Shown here in pieces: positions 11,665 through 24,150 of a DNA stretch of 64,000 nt (its first letter is position 1; each line of letters begins with the position of its first letter). A model generated the notes under the pieces. That model was given only the letters and a program-made list of their open reading frames with translations, did not search any database and was not told the DNA's origin. The DNA comes from Carcharhinus longimanus. Its lineage: Eukaryota. The translations under genes were made by a program, and so were the position numbers. The stretch spans positions 15,347,243-15,411,242 of the forward strand of contig JASCQW010000177.1 of assembly GCA_030264375.1 (NCBI GenBank), written 5' to 3'.

Positions 11665-12890
11665 GCAAGTATTAGTGAGAGACAACATGGTTTTGTGAGG
11701 GGAAGGTCATGTCTTACTAACTTGATCGAGTTTTTCGAAAAAGTGATGAAGATGATTGATGAGCAGAGGGCAGTGGACGTTGTCTACATGGACTTCAGTA
11801 AGTTCTTTGACAAGGTCCCTCACGGCAGACTGGTACAGAAATTGAAGTCGCACGGAATCAGAGGTGAGCTAGCAAGATGGACACAGAACTGGCTCGATCA
11901 TAGAAGACAGAGGGTTGTGACAAGTGGCGTTCTTCAGGGATCAGTGCTGTTTGTGACATATAAAAATGATTTGTAGAAAAATGTAACTGGTTTGATTAGT
12001 AAGTTTGCAGACGACACAAAGTTTGGTGGAATTGCAGATAGTGAAGAGGACCATGGGAGGATACAGCAAAATATAGATCGGTTGGAGACTTCGGCGGAGA
12101 GATGGCAGACAAAGTTTAATCCAGACAAATGTGAGGTAATGCATTTTGGAAGGTCTAATACAGATGGGAAATATACAGTAAATGGCAAAACCTTTAAGAG
12201 TATTGAGAGGCAGAGGGATCTGGGTGCACACGTACAGAGGTCACTGAAAGTGGCAACGCAGTGGAGAAGGTAGTGAAGAAGGCATACGATGAAGGCTTGC
12301 GTTCATCGGCTGGGCATCGTTTAAAAATTGGCAACAAATTGGCAGTTTTATAAAACCTTGGTTAGGCCACACTATTTCTCAATTCTGATCATTGCACTAC
12401 CACAATAATGTGGAGATTTTGGAGAGGGTACAGAAAAAATTTACCAGGATGTTGCCTGTATAGAGGACATTAGCTTTGAGGAGAGATTGGAAAAACTTGG
12501 TTTGTTCTCACTAGATTGATGGAGGTTGAGGGGTGACCTGAAGTTTACAAGATTATGAGGAGCATGGACAGAGTGGATAGTCAGAAGCTCTTGCCCAGGG
12601 TGAAAGAGTCAATTACTAGGGGGCATAGGTTTAAGGTCCAAGGATCAAGTTTTAAAGGCAAGTTTTTCTTACAGAGGATGGTGGGTGCCTGAAACTCGTT
12701 GCTGGGGAGGTAGTGGAAACAAATGCAATTATGACTTTTAAGGGGTGTCTGGACAAAAATATGAATAGGACAGCCATGGAGGGATGTGGTCCCCAGAAGG
12801 GTTGGGGGTTTTAGTTCAGACAGGCAGCGTGGTCGGTGCAGGCTTGGAGGGCCGAAGGGCTTGTTCCTGGGCTGTAATTTTCTTTCTAAT
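11665..12890 (+). mobile_element. CR1-clade LINE, 5'-truncated RT and 3' end, decayed
   Basis: RSCLTNLIEFFE...VDVVYMDFSKFFDKVPHGRL, KFADDTK, FNPDKCEVMHFG; stops and frameshifts. Confidence 0.92.
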
Positions 12891-13319
12891 TGTACTTTTC
12901 TTGGATAATGGGACATACTAGTCTATGTGACCTAGCAACCTTTAACCTGGAAGCAGTACCAACAGAAAAGAAGTTAAGATCTGCTTGCCAGGTGGACAGA
13001 CACAAAGGAAAGATGCAGGCATAAAGGGTGACTGCAAGCATAGGAGCTGCAGGATGAAGGTGATCAGTGCACAGATGTAGACACAAAGAGAAAGCAGATA
13101 AAGACAGAAGTAGAAACTCAGATATCCTGCGAGAAGAAACAAATCTTTCTCCAGAAGAGTTCACTTTTTCTGTTTGGCAGAGAAGGAAGCAGGAGCATTT
13201 GGAGGGATTGTTGGGGCAGGCTTGATGGGCTGAATGGCCTCCTTCTATACTGTAGGAATTCTGGCTAGAATGATGTAAAACCTGGAAAGTTGTGTGAATA
13301 ACTCAGAGACACTGCTGGG

Positions 13320-14312
13320 TGCTTTCCGAGAAGTGGCCAAAACATCTTGCCAGAGCCATCCCCACACCCCCACTTCTTGCCTTCAAACAACCGCACAACC
13401 TCAAACAGACCATTGTTCACAGCAAACTACTCAGCTTTAAGGCGAACAGTGACCACAACACCACACAACCATGCCACAGCAACCTCTGCAAGACATGCCG
13501 GATCATCAACATTGATNNNNNNNNNNNNNNNNNNNNNNNNNNNNNNNNNNNNNNNNNNNNNNNNNNNNNNNNNNNNNNNNNNNNNNNNNNNNNNNNNNNN
13601 NNNNNNNNNNNNNNNNNNNNNNNNNNNNNNNNNNNNNNNNNNNNNNNNNNNNNNNNNNNNNNNNNNNNNNNNNNNNNNNNNNNNNNNNNNNNNNNNNNNN
13701 NNNNNNNNNNNNNNNNNNNNNNNNNNNNNNNNNNNNNNNNNNNNNNNNNNNNNNNNNNNNNNNNNNNNNNNNNNNNNNNNNNNNNNNNNNNNNNNNNNNN
13801 NNNNNNNNNNNNNNNNNNNNNNNNNNNNNNNNNNNNNNNNNNNNNNNNNNNNNNNNNNNNNNNNNNNNNNNNNNNNNNNNNNNNNNNNNNNNNNNNNNNN
13901 NNNNNNNNNNNNNNNNNNNNNNNNNNNNNNNNNNNNNNNNNNNNNNNNNNNNNNNNNNNNNNNNNNNNNNNNNNNNNNNNNNNNNNNNNNNNNNNNNNNN
14001 NNNNNNNNNNNNNNNNNNNNNNNNNNNNNNNNNNNNNNNNNNNNNNNNNNNNNNNNNNNNNNNNNNNNNNNNNNNNNNNNNNNNNNNNNNNNNNNNNNNN
14101 NNNNNNNNNNNNNNNNNNNNNNNNNNNNTCTGTAAACTGTGTGTGTCTTTATATGCCTTTCTCTGATCAGAACCTTGCACACACCTGACAAAGGAACACC
14201 GTTTCTGAAAGCTTGTGGGATTACTATCAAATAAACTGGTTGGACTTAAACCTGGTGTTGTGAGAATTCTTACTGTGTTTACCCCAGTTTAAGGCTGGCA
14301 TCTCTACATCAT
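13320..14312 (+). mobile_element. Penelope-like element 3' part (pre-GIY-YIG Cys motif, gap, pLTR)
   Basis: LAFKQPHNLKQTIVHSKL...PCHSNLCKTCRII resembles the Cys-rich linker before the GIY-YIG endonuclease. After the gap there is a pLTR-like end with a degenerate hammerhead (cac-ctgacaa...gaaagcttgtg) shared with 37555-37650 and 61355-61587. Confidence 0.8.
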
Positions 14313-16269
14313 GCTAATTCAATCCAGGGCTGGGAGAGGAAGGTGCTGTCCTAATCATCTGGGTGCCTGCCTTCGGGGGCACAGGCTTGGGCAGCACTGC
14401 ACCCTTTCTCAAGGGGTGACCTGCTTGCTGGATGTGTACCCAATCAAGTGGGTAGCGGTTCCAGCGTTTGAAATCTGATCGTCCTGGAGCGAGCATTCAA
14501 GTCTGAGTGGCCATTTGCTTTGATAGGTGCATTCTGGTTGGTGTAGTCCTCTCTTGACCCTCCTCTTGCCCTCCCACATAGGTGCCAGCCCATTAAAGAG
14601 CTACAGGAATCAAGGAGGAGAAGCTAGGAGGAGCAGCAACAGTGAAGTCCAGGACAGCTGAATTATTAGACAGGGCTCTGAGGAAGAATATGAGGATGGA
14701 ACATTCTTTATGGGCTAAATGGCCTTTTTTGCTCTGATTTCTTAAATTTATTTTTTCTTATGATTCATAATTTAACAATTATTTAAATCTTGTTTATGGC
14801 TGATGCAGAATAAACATGACCTCTAAGCTATGGAACGTGAGAAATTACTTAGTACAAATTTGTGATATAGTTTGGGAGTATGAGGAAAAGTAAAACATTA
14901 AGAAGGGTAGTCTGTATTCTGTACCATTTTGAATGAACTCCTTTTGGCTGATGTTGATTCACAACGCCTAGTTTCAGATGAAGACATTTTGCAGCCACTT
15001 TAATTGGGATCAATTTTAACAGCAAGTGTGCAAAAACAGGCAGGTGCGAAAGAGGGTAGTTGGGAAAATAACACACAATAATTCCTACCAGTTGAAGATT
15101 GGATGGTTGTGGGCATAGGAAGTCCTTACTTAGTGTCGTTAATTGGTTCTGGAAAATGCAACATTCTGAGGCTCAAAAATACCTTCTCAGATTGCTTGCT
15201 CCCCACCTTACCTGAGACCCAGCTGTTGCAGGTTCAACAGGGGAGAATTAATGCAAAACAGCAGCAATGCAATGCAAAAGAAGAGTTCTAATTGGAGAGT
15301 GGCATTAAAGCAAAAAATTGTACAGAATGACATTATAATGTGGAGAAATGTTCTCAAAGGTTCCTGCAGAAGGGACGAGGAGCTTTTCTGGGCAATAAAG
15401 GCTTTGAATTTCTTTGTGGGAACTGAAGAAGCATTCCTTCTCTCCAGGTCCAGGATGCTATGGTAGTTCCTTTCTCAAGCTCCAGTTGAAATGCTGTCAG
15501 GACACATTGACATCAAATGATCCTGTTTATCATTTATGCAGGAGGACCACACTCAAGTCCAACAAATGTATCATCTACTGCCAAGACCAGCAAGATCAGA
15601 ACAAGAGATACAGCCATCCCATTTTAATTGATAATCACCCACTAGCCCCTCCCACAGTAATTCTGTGAACAGTAAATGTTGAGTCTCACAACTAGAGATT
15701 GAAAATAGTGTTAATTAGCACAAACAAATTATGAGTAGAAATAATTTATGAAATAGATCAGAAATAAATGTTGCAATATCCTAAATTAAGATTTTTGATA
15801 GATTGAGGCACTACATTAGTGAATCATCAGAGGCATACGATGCTGATGTAATAATGATGTAAAACAAAATGATTCAGTAACAGATCTGGAGGGAGCAGTA
15901 GTTCCAACCTCGTCCCAATAAGCATATAGTGGCTGAGAATAAAGAGCAATGGTTTTAATGAACTACATTCTCAAGGAGCTTACTTTGGGAGGTCCTCACA
16001 TGACGAAACAATCCCTATCCTGCTTAATTTGCTTGGTAGCATATTGCCTCCAGTTTAAGATTCCTGTCGTCATATTAAGCTCACTTCATGGACTCTATCT
16101 ATTTCTGCAAGTTCCTCTATCCCTATGTCTTCATACTAAATCCTGTTATTCTCACTTTGATTGCTCATTTATTCCCTGATGTCCGTTTCCCTATCCCTTT
16201 GGTTATCATGCCTTCAACTGCCTGGATTCCACAACTTTTCTCTGTAAAATATAGAACTGATCTCAGGGA

Positions 16270-16714
16270 GCTATCTAATTCATCCCTCTCCTCTGGTCTT
16301 TCCCTATAGCCTTGTAAGTTGCTCCTTTTCAAATATATATTTAATTCTCTTTTGATTGCTATAAATTGAATCTACTCCCTTTGTACAGCAACTTCATGTT
16401 ATAACAACACGTAAAAAACACCTCCTTCTGTTCTTTTTGCCAACTATGTTAACTCTCTGCTTTCTGGTTTCTGAATCCCTTGCCAGTGCATACCGTTTCT
16501 CTTTAATTATTCCATCTAAACCATAATTTTAACATCTGTATGAAGTTACACATTAACCTTCTCTGCTCAAAGAAGAAGAATCCCAACTCTTCAGTCTATC
16601 TACATAATTGAAATCCCTCATCACTGGTACCATTCTAGCAAATCTCCTTCTGCACCCTGTCCAAGCACTTGACATCCTTGCTACAGTGCGATGCTCAGAT
16701 TTGTCTACAATCTG
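16270..16714 (-). mobile_element. Decayed CR1 3' fragment
   Basis: Reverse CR1 motifs (aaccttctctgctcaaaga..., ctggtaccattctagcaaatctccttctgcacc); resumes after 17228. Confidence 0.55.
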
Positions 16715-17228
16715 TCTACACTTCCCGCTGCCTCGGCAAAGCAGCCAGCATAATTAAAGACCGCACGCAACCAGACATTCTCTCTTCCATCTTCTTCTGC
16801 CAGGAAAAAGATACAAAAGTCTGAGGTCACATACAAATTGGCTCAAGAACAGCTTCCTCCCTGTTGCTGTCAGACTTTTGAATGGACTTACCTCGTATTA
16901 AGTTGATCGTTCTCTATACCCTAGCTATGACTGTAACACTACATTCTGCATTCTCTCATTTCCTTCTCTATGAACGGTAAGTTTTGTCTGTATAGTGTAA
17001 AAGAAACAATACTTTTCACTGTATGNNNNNNNNNNNNNNNNNNNNNNNNNNNNNNNNNNNNNNNNNNNNNNNNNNNNNNNNNNNNNNNNNNNNNNNNNNN
17101 NNNNNNNNNNNNNNNNNNNNNNNNNTTCCTTCTCTATGAACGGTAAGTTTTGTCTGTATAGTGTACAAGAAACAATACTTTTCACTGTATGTTAATACAT
17201 GTGACAATAATAAATCAAATCAAATCAG
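16715..17228 (+). mobile_element. 3' end of a Rex1/L2-like LINE nested in CR1
   Basis: gccagcataattaaagac...aagaacagcttc...cagacttttgaatgg followed by an aataataaatcaaatcaaatca microsatellite tail. Confidence 0.6.
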
Positions 17229-17415
17229 ATTTGGACACAATACTCAAGCTTAATCTATGATAAATAAGGGTTTAACGTGGCCTCCTTGCTTTTCCTATTT
17301 CTTCATCATGTGTTATTAAATTGTGAATCTCACTCAGAAACAGAAATAGAGTTATGTAGGAAATGGTGTTGTCATGGTTGCTTTTCATTGCATAAGATTT
17401 TTAATGTATACTTAC

Positions 17416-17499
17416 CCAGAATTCCGTCACTAATATATCAGTGACACTGCCCAGGACTGTGACAAAATCAAATATATTCCAAGCATCCTGAAAATAGTT
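17416..17499 (-). CDS. CACNA1A: CACNA1A exon ~31 (84 nt): [28 protein letters not shown] (IV S3)
   Basis: Acceptor ctttgcag, donor gtaagt; [12 protein letters not shown] motif. Confidence 0.97.
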
Positions 17500-18207
17500 C
17501 TGCAAAGCAAAAGATAACACCGTTAGAAATGCTGAATTTTGAAGCAATTTTCTCCCTCGTCCCCTGAATGTGCTGGCTCACCCTGAACTATGGACCTCAC
17601 TAGTTCACCTGTATCTCCCATTGTACTTATTTATGTATCATTTCAGGCAGAGTGTGCTGAGAAATTATTGGGACTATAAGGCACCATAACAAAGCTTGGT
17701 TCTGTCCTCAACCTGATATCCATAAGCACACTTTTCAGCATGAACCATTTGACACTGATCAGGACTGAGAGTCTTGGATATTTTCCCTCCCTTTTCTTGG
17801 GCCAGAGTTGCTACAGCCAAATGCAGCAGAAGCAAGTGCTACCTTAGGTCTGATCAAATGATTCAGAGGATCTTGGAAGGAATGCTACAGTTGATTTCAA
17901 TGTTCCTTCGCTTGGAAGGGAAAAAAAAACAATTGGTTTTGCCATTCACATTCACTGTCCAGTATTGTCAGCTGAAAAATGCATGCGTGTAAATGTTGGT
18001 AAGGATGTGTCCAGTGTCCAGGTAATGCCCCCTTAGTTGAAAGGTCCCCAACACTTATGTCTACTCACATATCAAGAATAGCCACTTAGTTCAGCAAAGG
18101 ATCAGTTTCAGCATCTGTAGAACTATATCCTGCAAGAATCAATGTTTTCAGGAGGAGAGGAAGGGGGAGAAAATTTAGAGAATAGAAAATTCATTCCATG
18201 TACTCAC

Positions 18208-18318
18208 CAGAATTCCAAAGGCAATAATTTTCAGGATACATTCACATGAGAACAAAATGGTGAACACCATATTGAGATACTTTAGAACGTCATCGTAAGA
18301 CTGTGGCTGACCAGAAAA
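18208..18318 (-). CDS. CACNA1A: CACNA1A exon ~30 (111 nt): FSGQPQSYDDVLKYLNMVFTILFSCECILKIIAFGIL (IV S2)
   Basis: Acceptor tggtttag, donor gtgagt; E-C-x-L-K motif of S2; phase 0-0. Confidence 0.95.
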
Positions 18319-19444
18319 CTAAACCAAGAAAAAGAGAATTTAGTTACTAACGCTACATGTCTATTATATGGGTGATGGAGGCAGGAGGGAAAGATCATTA
18401 AAGCTTGTTAATTAACACGTTGGTACAAGTGAGGTTATTTATCATGGTGTCACTGGAGAATCAAAACCGCTGATTTTTGCAGTCACCATAGAGTTTACAG
18501 CATATATATACAGACTATTAACCCATTATGTCAGTGCTCATTCTTCACTAAAACAATCTAAAATGAGTCCCTGTGCTTTCCCCAAAGTCCTGTACATTTT
18601 TCTAATTCAAATATCTATCCATGCTTCCCTTCAAAGTGTGATGTTTACTGTTCAAACTGCTTCTTGTAGTAAAACATTTTATGTAAAAGAAATTCTCCAC
18701 AAAATATAAATTATCCTGACCTCACTCTCATTAAACTTGAAACTTTCTGATTCTGCACCAACAGAAATAGCTTGCTGTACTGAACTGTTCAACATTCCTC
18801 ACAGTTTTAAAACCCCCATTAAATTTCCTTTTAGCATTCTTTTCTTCAGTGGAAACAAGGAATTGATTGGTGACTGGGAGAATTCTCTACATAAAGGCAT
18901 CACTGTTGAAATAGCCCCATTAAATGTCATCAACTGTAATCTGTCACATCATTTGTAAAACTTGCGCTGCCTCAGTAAACATTACCTTTGGTAGCCAGTT
19001 GTCTATTGCTGTGGAATAAAAACAGAAAATACTGGAAAACTCAGCACGCCAGGCAGCAACTGTCAAGAGGCTTCGTTAGGAAGTGGGAGGTGCAGGGGAA
19101 TCCCAGCATTCTGCTAAGTGAGATGGTCAAAATCAAGAATTGGGGAGAGAATAGGGAAAGGAATCCTTGGGGTGGGGGATCAATGGCTTTGGGGGGGGAT
19201 GTCTTGGAGAATGACTGGCCTTGGATGGAGGAGTTGAGGCCTCATAGGGAGAGTCAAGTTTGGGTGGAGGAAGGGTGCCTAATTGCAGGCAGGCACGCTA
19301 GATCCAGTAGGTAAATAAAGAGGAAGTCACCTTCAAAGTCTGGCAGCGCTTCCTGAGATTACCTGCCAGGTTTCCCAAGGTTCAGGAAACACAAACACCC
19401 ACAGTAAAATTTCCAATGGGGCTCTACTATAATGGGGCCAACAT

Positions 19445-19745
19445 TAATTACCAATTCCTAATTGCCCTTGATGAGGTGATGGTGAATGGCCTTCTTGAAC
19501 CGCTGCAGTCAGACTTTCTAACGATTTGCTAGGCCATTCCAGGGCAGCAGTTAAGAATGAACCATATTATTGTGGATTTGGAGTTACGCGTAGGTTGGAC
19601 CAGGTAAGGACAACAGATTTCTTTCCCTAAAGGACACTGATGAAGCACACAGGTGTTTCTGACAATTGACAATGGCTTCAGGATCACTATTAGTGAGACT
19701 AGTTTTTAATTCCAGAATTGAATTAATTGAATTTAAATTCAGCAC
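19445..19745 (-). mobile_element. LF-SINE-like copy
   Basis: Homologous to 6215-6545 and 34905-35262. Confidence 0.6.
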
Positions 19746-20589
19746 CTCGTTTTGATCAAACACATATAGTTTGCAATGCCTCCCACCTGCTACTTCATGC
19801 TGATCTATTCAGCCCACCCAAGGTGTGACTTCCATCAAAAAGGCTGATCTGGAAAAACCAACCCACACAATGCAATTTCCACCTAGGCAAATGACACAAC
19901 GAACAAGTATCTGGTCTCAAACCTAACCCAGCAGCTGTTTCTGGTTTCAACCTTCCAAGCTAAAAGTGCTCTACCCTCAATAGGTTCAGGACCAGCCACA
20001 CCTGATTGTCCAACCGCCACAGATGGGGCATTAGTGCCACCCCTTATGCGTCTGTGGGAGAGAGCAAACTACACATGACATCATAGAAGTGTGTCCAATC
20101 CACAGACTCAGCAGAGGCCTATCTGCACTCAACATAGTAGGACCAGAAAAAAAACTGCTTGGCTTATGGACTTTGCAATTGCTAAATAAATAAAATAAAT
20201 TAGCCTGGATTACTAGTCCAATGACATTACACCATCTCCTCAGACAAAATACATTGATATAGCTGATAAAGAAATACATGAATAGGGTATTTATGAAGTT
20301 GAATAGGGTCATGTTAAATTTAAATTTAAATGTTAAATTTAAGCCAGTCTTTAGTTGTTCACAGGAAGCATACAATGTCAACAAATCTAGCATTTATCAC
20401 CCATTCCAATGCAACTCAGTGGCTTATTAGGCCATTCCCTAGGGAAGTTAAGAGTCAATCACATTTGCCACGAATTAACCAGACCTGCAAGGATGGCAAA
20501 TTTCCTTCCCTAAAAGATATTAGTGAACAGATGGGTTTTTACAGCAATTAGTAATAGCTTTTTTTCCAGACTTATTTCATTAATATTAA

Positions 20590-20850
20590 AGAGGAGTCAC
20601 AGGTAAACAAGATGGTGAAGAACGCATTCAGCATGCGTGGTTTCATCGGTGAGAACACTGAATACAGGAGTTGGGACGGCTTGTTGAAGTTATACAAGAC
20701 ATTGGTAAGGCCACAATTGGAATACTGTGTACAGTATTCCACTCAATTATAGAAAGGATATTATTAGAAAAAGTGCAAAGAAGATTTACTTGGATGCTAC
20801 TGGGACTTGATGGTTTGAGTTATTAGGAAAGGCTGGATAAACTGGGATAC
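20590..20850 (+). mobile_element. CR1 RT C-terminal fragment
   Basis: LYKTLVRPQLEYCVQ-like reading (ttatacaagacattggtaaggccacaattggaatactgtgtacag). Confidence 0.75.
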
Positions 20851-21186
20851 ATGAACAACAGATTGAATCAATGACAAACCCCACAGAGGTGACATTCTTC
20901 TCCTACCTCCCACCTATCCCTGACCTATTTTTTTCCAACCCCTCTTAAACACTATAAAATCCATCACACCTCTCCCTCTCATATGGGCTCAAACTGTTAA
21001 CTCTGTTTATCTTTCCACAGACACTGTCAGATCTTCTGGGTTTTTCCAGAATTTTCTGTTTTTATTCCTTTGGTATTGATAGTCACCTGGAAGCGTGTGT
21101 CAATAAGATAATGAGAGGCAGTGGTGCCAGAACGCAAACAGCAAAAATTTGAAGCAAAAGGCAGAAAACCAAAGAATGGAAATTTA

Positions 21187-21360
<174 letters not shown>

Positions 21361-21819
21361 CTACAAAAGATAAAATAATAGGTCAGTTCAGCAGAAACAA
21401 CCTCATAACATTGTATAACATATATATTCCTTCCGATACAAGGAAGTGCTGAGCCCTTTCCTAAGCAACATCATTAAGCTAAATACTTGCTTTGCCCATC
21501 CCAGTTAACACTGTGCTCCCCACGAAGAAGTCTACCAATTTACTGCCATTTTCACATTCCATCTACACTGATCATGATCGTGATTCAGACTACCCTAAAT
21601 TCAATGCAGCAGGAACCTACAACCAACTGCTTTTTAATCTCTCCATCTGAACTGGATTCAATAAATTTCTGAGCTCTGAGGCATCGTAACTAGGAGGGTA
21701 CCCCAAAGATGCAGTGGGGCCCACTTCTTGTGGGTGCCCACATAATCAGTGCACAGCAATTGCTTGGAAAGTTCAACCTCATGTTGGGCAATGTTTTTGC
21801 AAGTGGAACCATCCTAAAG

Positions 21820-22650
21820 GAAGATATAAATCAGAAACTTCAGATGCTTCTCATTTTATTATGGTAATTGTTCCCCAGAAAAAGTCAGAAATAATTAGAA
21901 CCACTTCTAGATTCTGCGTAACAATAGTACTGACATTCCACTCTACCACAAGTGATTCCTCCCACCTCCCTGACACCCCAAGGTACATCCCTAACTCACC
22001 CTCCACCACCACCTGATTAATCCCTCCTGCCCCTAGCCCGCACAGATCTCCCCCCACACTGCTGACCAGCCCCCACAAGACCCCTGTACCACTCATGAAC
22101 CCACCCTCCTCCCCATCCCATGTGATTCCATGCCAATGAAACATCCTAACTATGACCCCCGCTCCCTACTGACCCCCAATCCTTTCCTACATCCCCCCAN
22201 NNNNNNNNNNNNNNNNNNNNNNNNNNNNNNNNNNNNNNNNNAAGACTGCCCTCTCCTCCCCCAACTACCCTATCTACATTGCTCAACGCACCCCCCCTAC
22301 TCCCTCACCCCCCACAACTACCCAGCCCCCACCTCCTGGTCCATGTCCCCTCTGACAAAACCCACCCCAATCCGACCACCTGAAGTCCAATCCTATGCAT
22401 TTACATAACAAACATGCCTTCTCTCTGGCTTCTCAAAGCGGCTGGACCTTTAAACATACCTACTTTATAGCAGTTGTGCCATAACAATGGGGCATTTCTT
22501 CTTTATCTGACTCAGGTTCCCTCAATACAAGCCCTCAGGAACCTCCTGAATTATACCTGCCCAGCCTGAGTTGGAAGATTGGGTGAGCGGTTTCATTTCT
22601 GGGTAATTAGGTAAAAATGGAGTGACAATCCAACTCTGATTATTCCTCCA
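21820..22650 (+). repeat. Unclassified interspersed element with C-rich core; a diverged inverted relative lies at 27120-27650
   Basis: ccccagaaaaagtcagaaataattagaaccacttctagattctgcgtaacaatagtactgac aligns with the reverse complement of ~27455-27515. Confidence 0.5.
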
Positions 22651-24150
22651 CAAAAGGTTTGGATAGAGTGTCATCTAGTTTCCACAGAGAAGTTGCACCA
22701 GATTCAAGACACACTCCCATTCCCAATAATAAGGCAACAGGTCACATCATTCTATAGTGGCATAGCATCTCATGTAAAAAAGACTTTTTTTTATCTTACA
22801 TAAAATATAAATGTAAGGTGCAGTACTGACCCTATCTTTGGATAATTTTTTTAACTCTTGCGATTTATATAACATTATTGGACCCTTATGATAAGATCAT
22901 TAGTTGATAATTAACTCATCAATATTCACTCTCTTCCTCTCTGTCTCTGTGAATGATTAAAGCACCTGGATGCTGTGATGGGAACACTGGATGATCTTTC
23001 TGGGAAGATGAGTTACCAAAGGTCAACTGGTCTTTCATATCCACATTGATCTTGCAAAACTGCTTTGAAAACTGCCTTTATATGGAGATATATTTTGTCT
23101 TAATGTCATGCTATTAGTTCAAATATCTTGGTGGGAAATATAAAGGGAAGTAAGTCAAAAGTTGGAAGCAAGTGTCAGCTCATGAAAAGGGGATCTGAGA
23201 CAACTTAAAAAAAACAAGATTGTATTATGTTTGTTACAAAGGTTGATTACGGCTGTACTGGTCCACAGACAACTGGGAAAAGCAACATAAAACTAGATGG
23301 AACAGTGCGTATATAAAATGCAAAATCATTGAGAGTTACTAGTCTCTGGACAGGGGAGATGGAATCTAACATGTCCCAGAACCAAGGGTGCAGTATAAAT
23401 CAGATCCCAGCAGCCAGGAGGGATGTAATTTTAGGTGGTCCTTGCAAGAGGAAACGAATTATATCCAATATTCCAGGTACCTGGGATGATTTATAATGTT
23501 TTATTAGGTTCTAAAATCAACTCAAGCTACAAATACCTTTATAACGTATGTTCCCATAAATAATGTGATGCTTATCCCAATGTTACTCTCAACCGTGTCA
23601 GCCATCATTCACTTCAGAGGACATTTTTAAGGCTATGAGGAGATTTGACAAAATTGGTTTAGAACAAACTTAACTGCGGTGAAGAGTTCAAGTACCAGAT
23701 GATACAAATTAAAAATTAGAAAATTTACTTGTATTACATTCCCCAATTTGAGAAACAATTTGATTAATCCAAGACAAAAGTTGCATTGTGCAATACAAAA
23801 GGAAATTAACAGACAATCTTTTCGAGGAGGATAGTAGTACTGAAACTGAAGCATACTGGAGTTTAAGAGACAGTTGGGTGGCTGTGAAAAGAGCAAAAAG
23901 TTGTGGAGGTGAGGTTGAGATCTATTAAATAGAGCAGGCTGATTGAACCCAATGACCAGCTCCTGATCCTAGAAATTCTTGTGTGTATTACAGAGAAACT
24001 TAACATCCACAGGCCAAAGAACAACACTGTCATAAGACAGCAGCCAGCAAAAACAGGAAATGCTGGAGAAATTCAGCAGGTTTGATGAAGGGTCATTCAG
24101 ACTGAAACAGTGCCTCTATTCTCTCCACAGATGCTGTCAGACTTGCTGAA

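Noticed and set aside
13319-14230. ORFs of 220-290 aa in the ORF track
   Set aside because: Their length is mostly N run-through; only the Penelope fragment before the gap is meaningful.
16961-17190. About 65-bp duplication around a gap
   Set aside because: Same gap-flanking pattern with one mismatch; probably an assembly or haplotype artefact.
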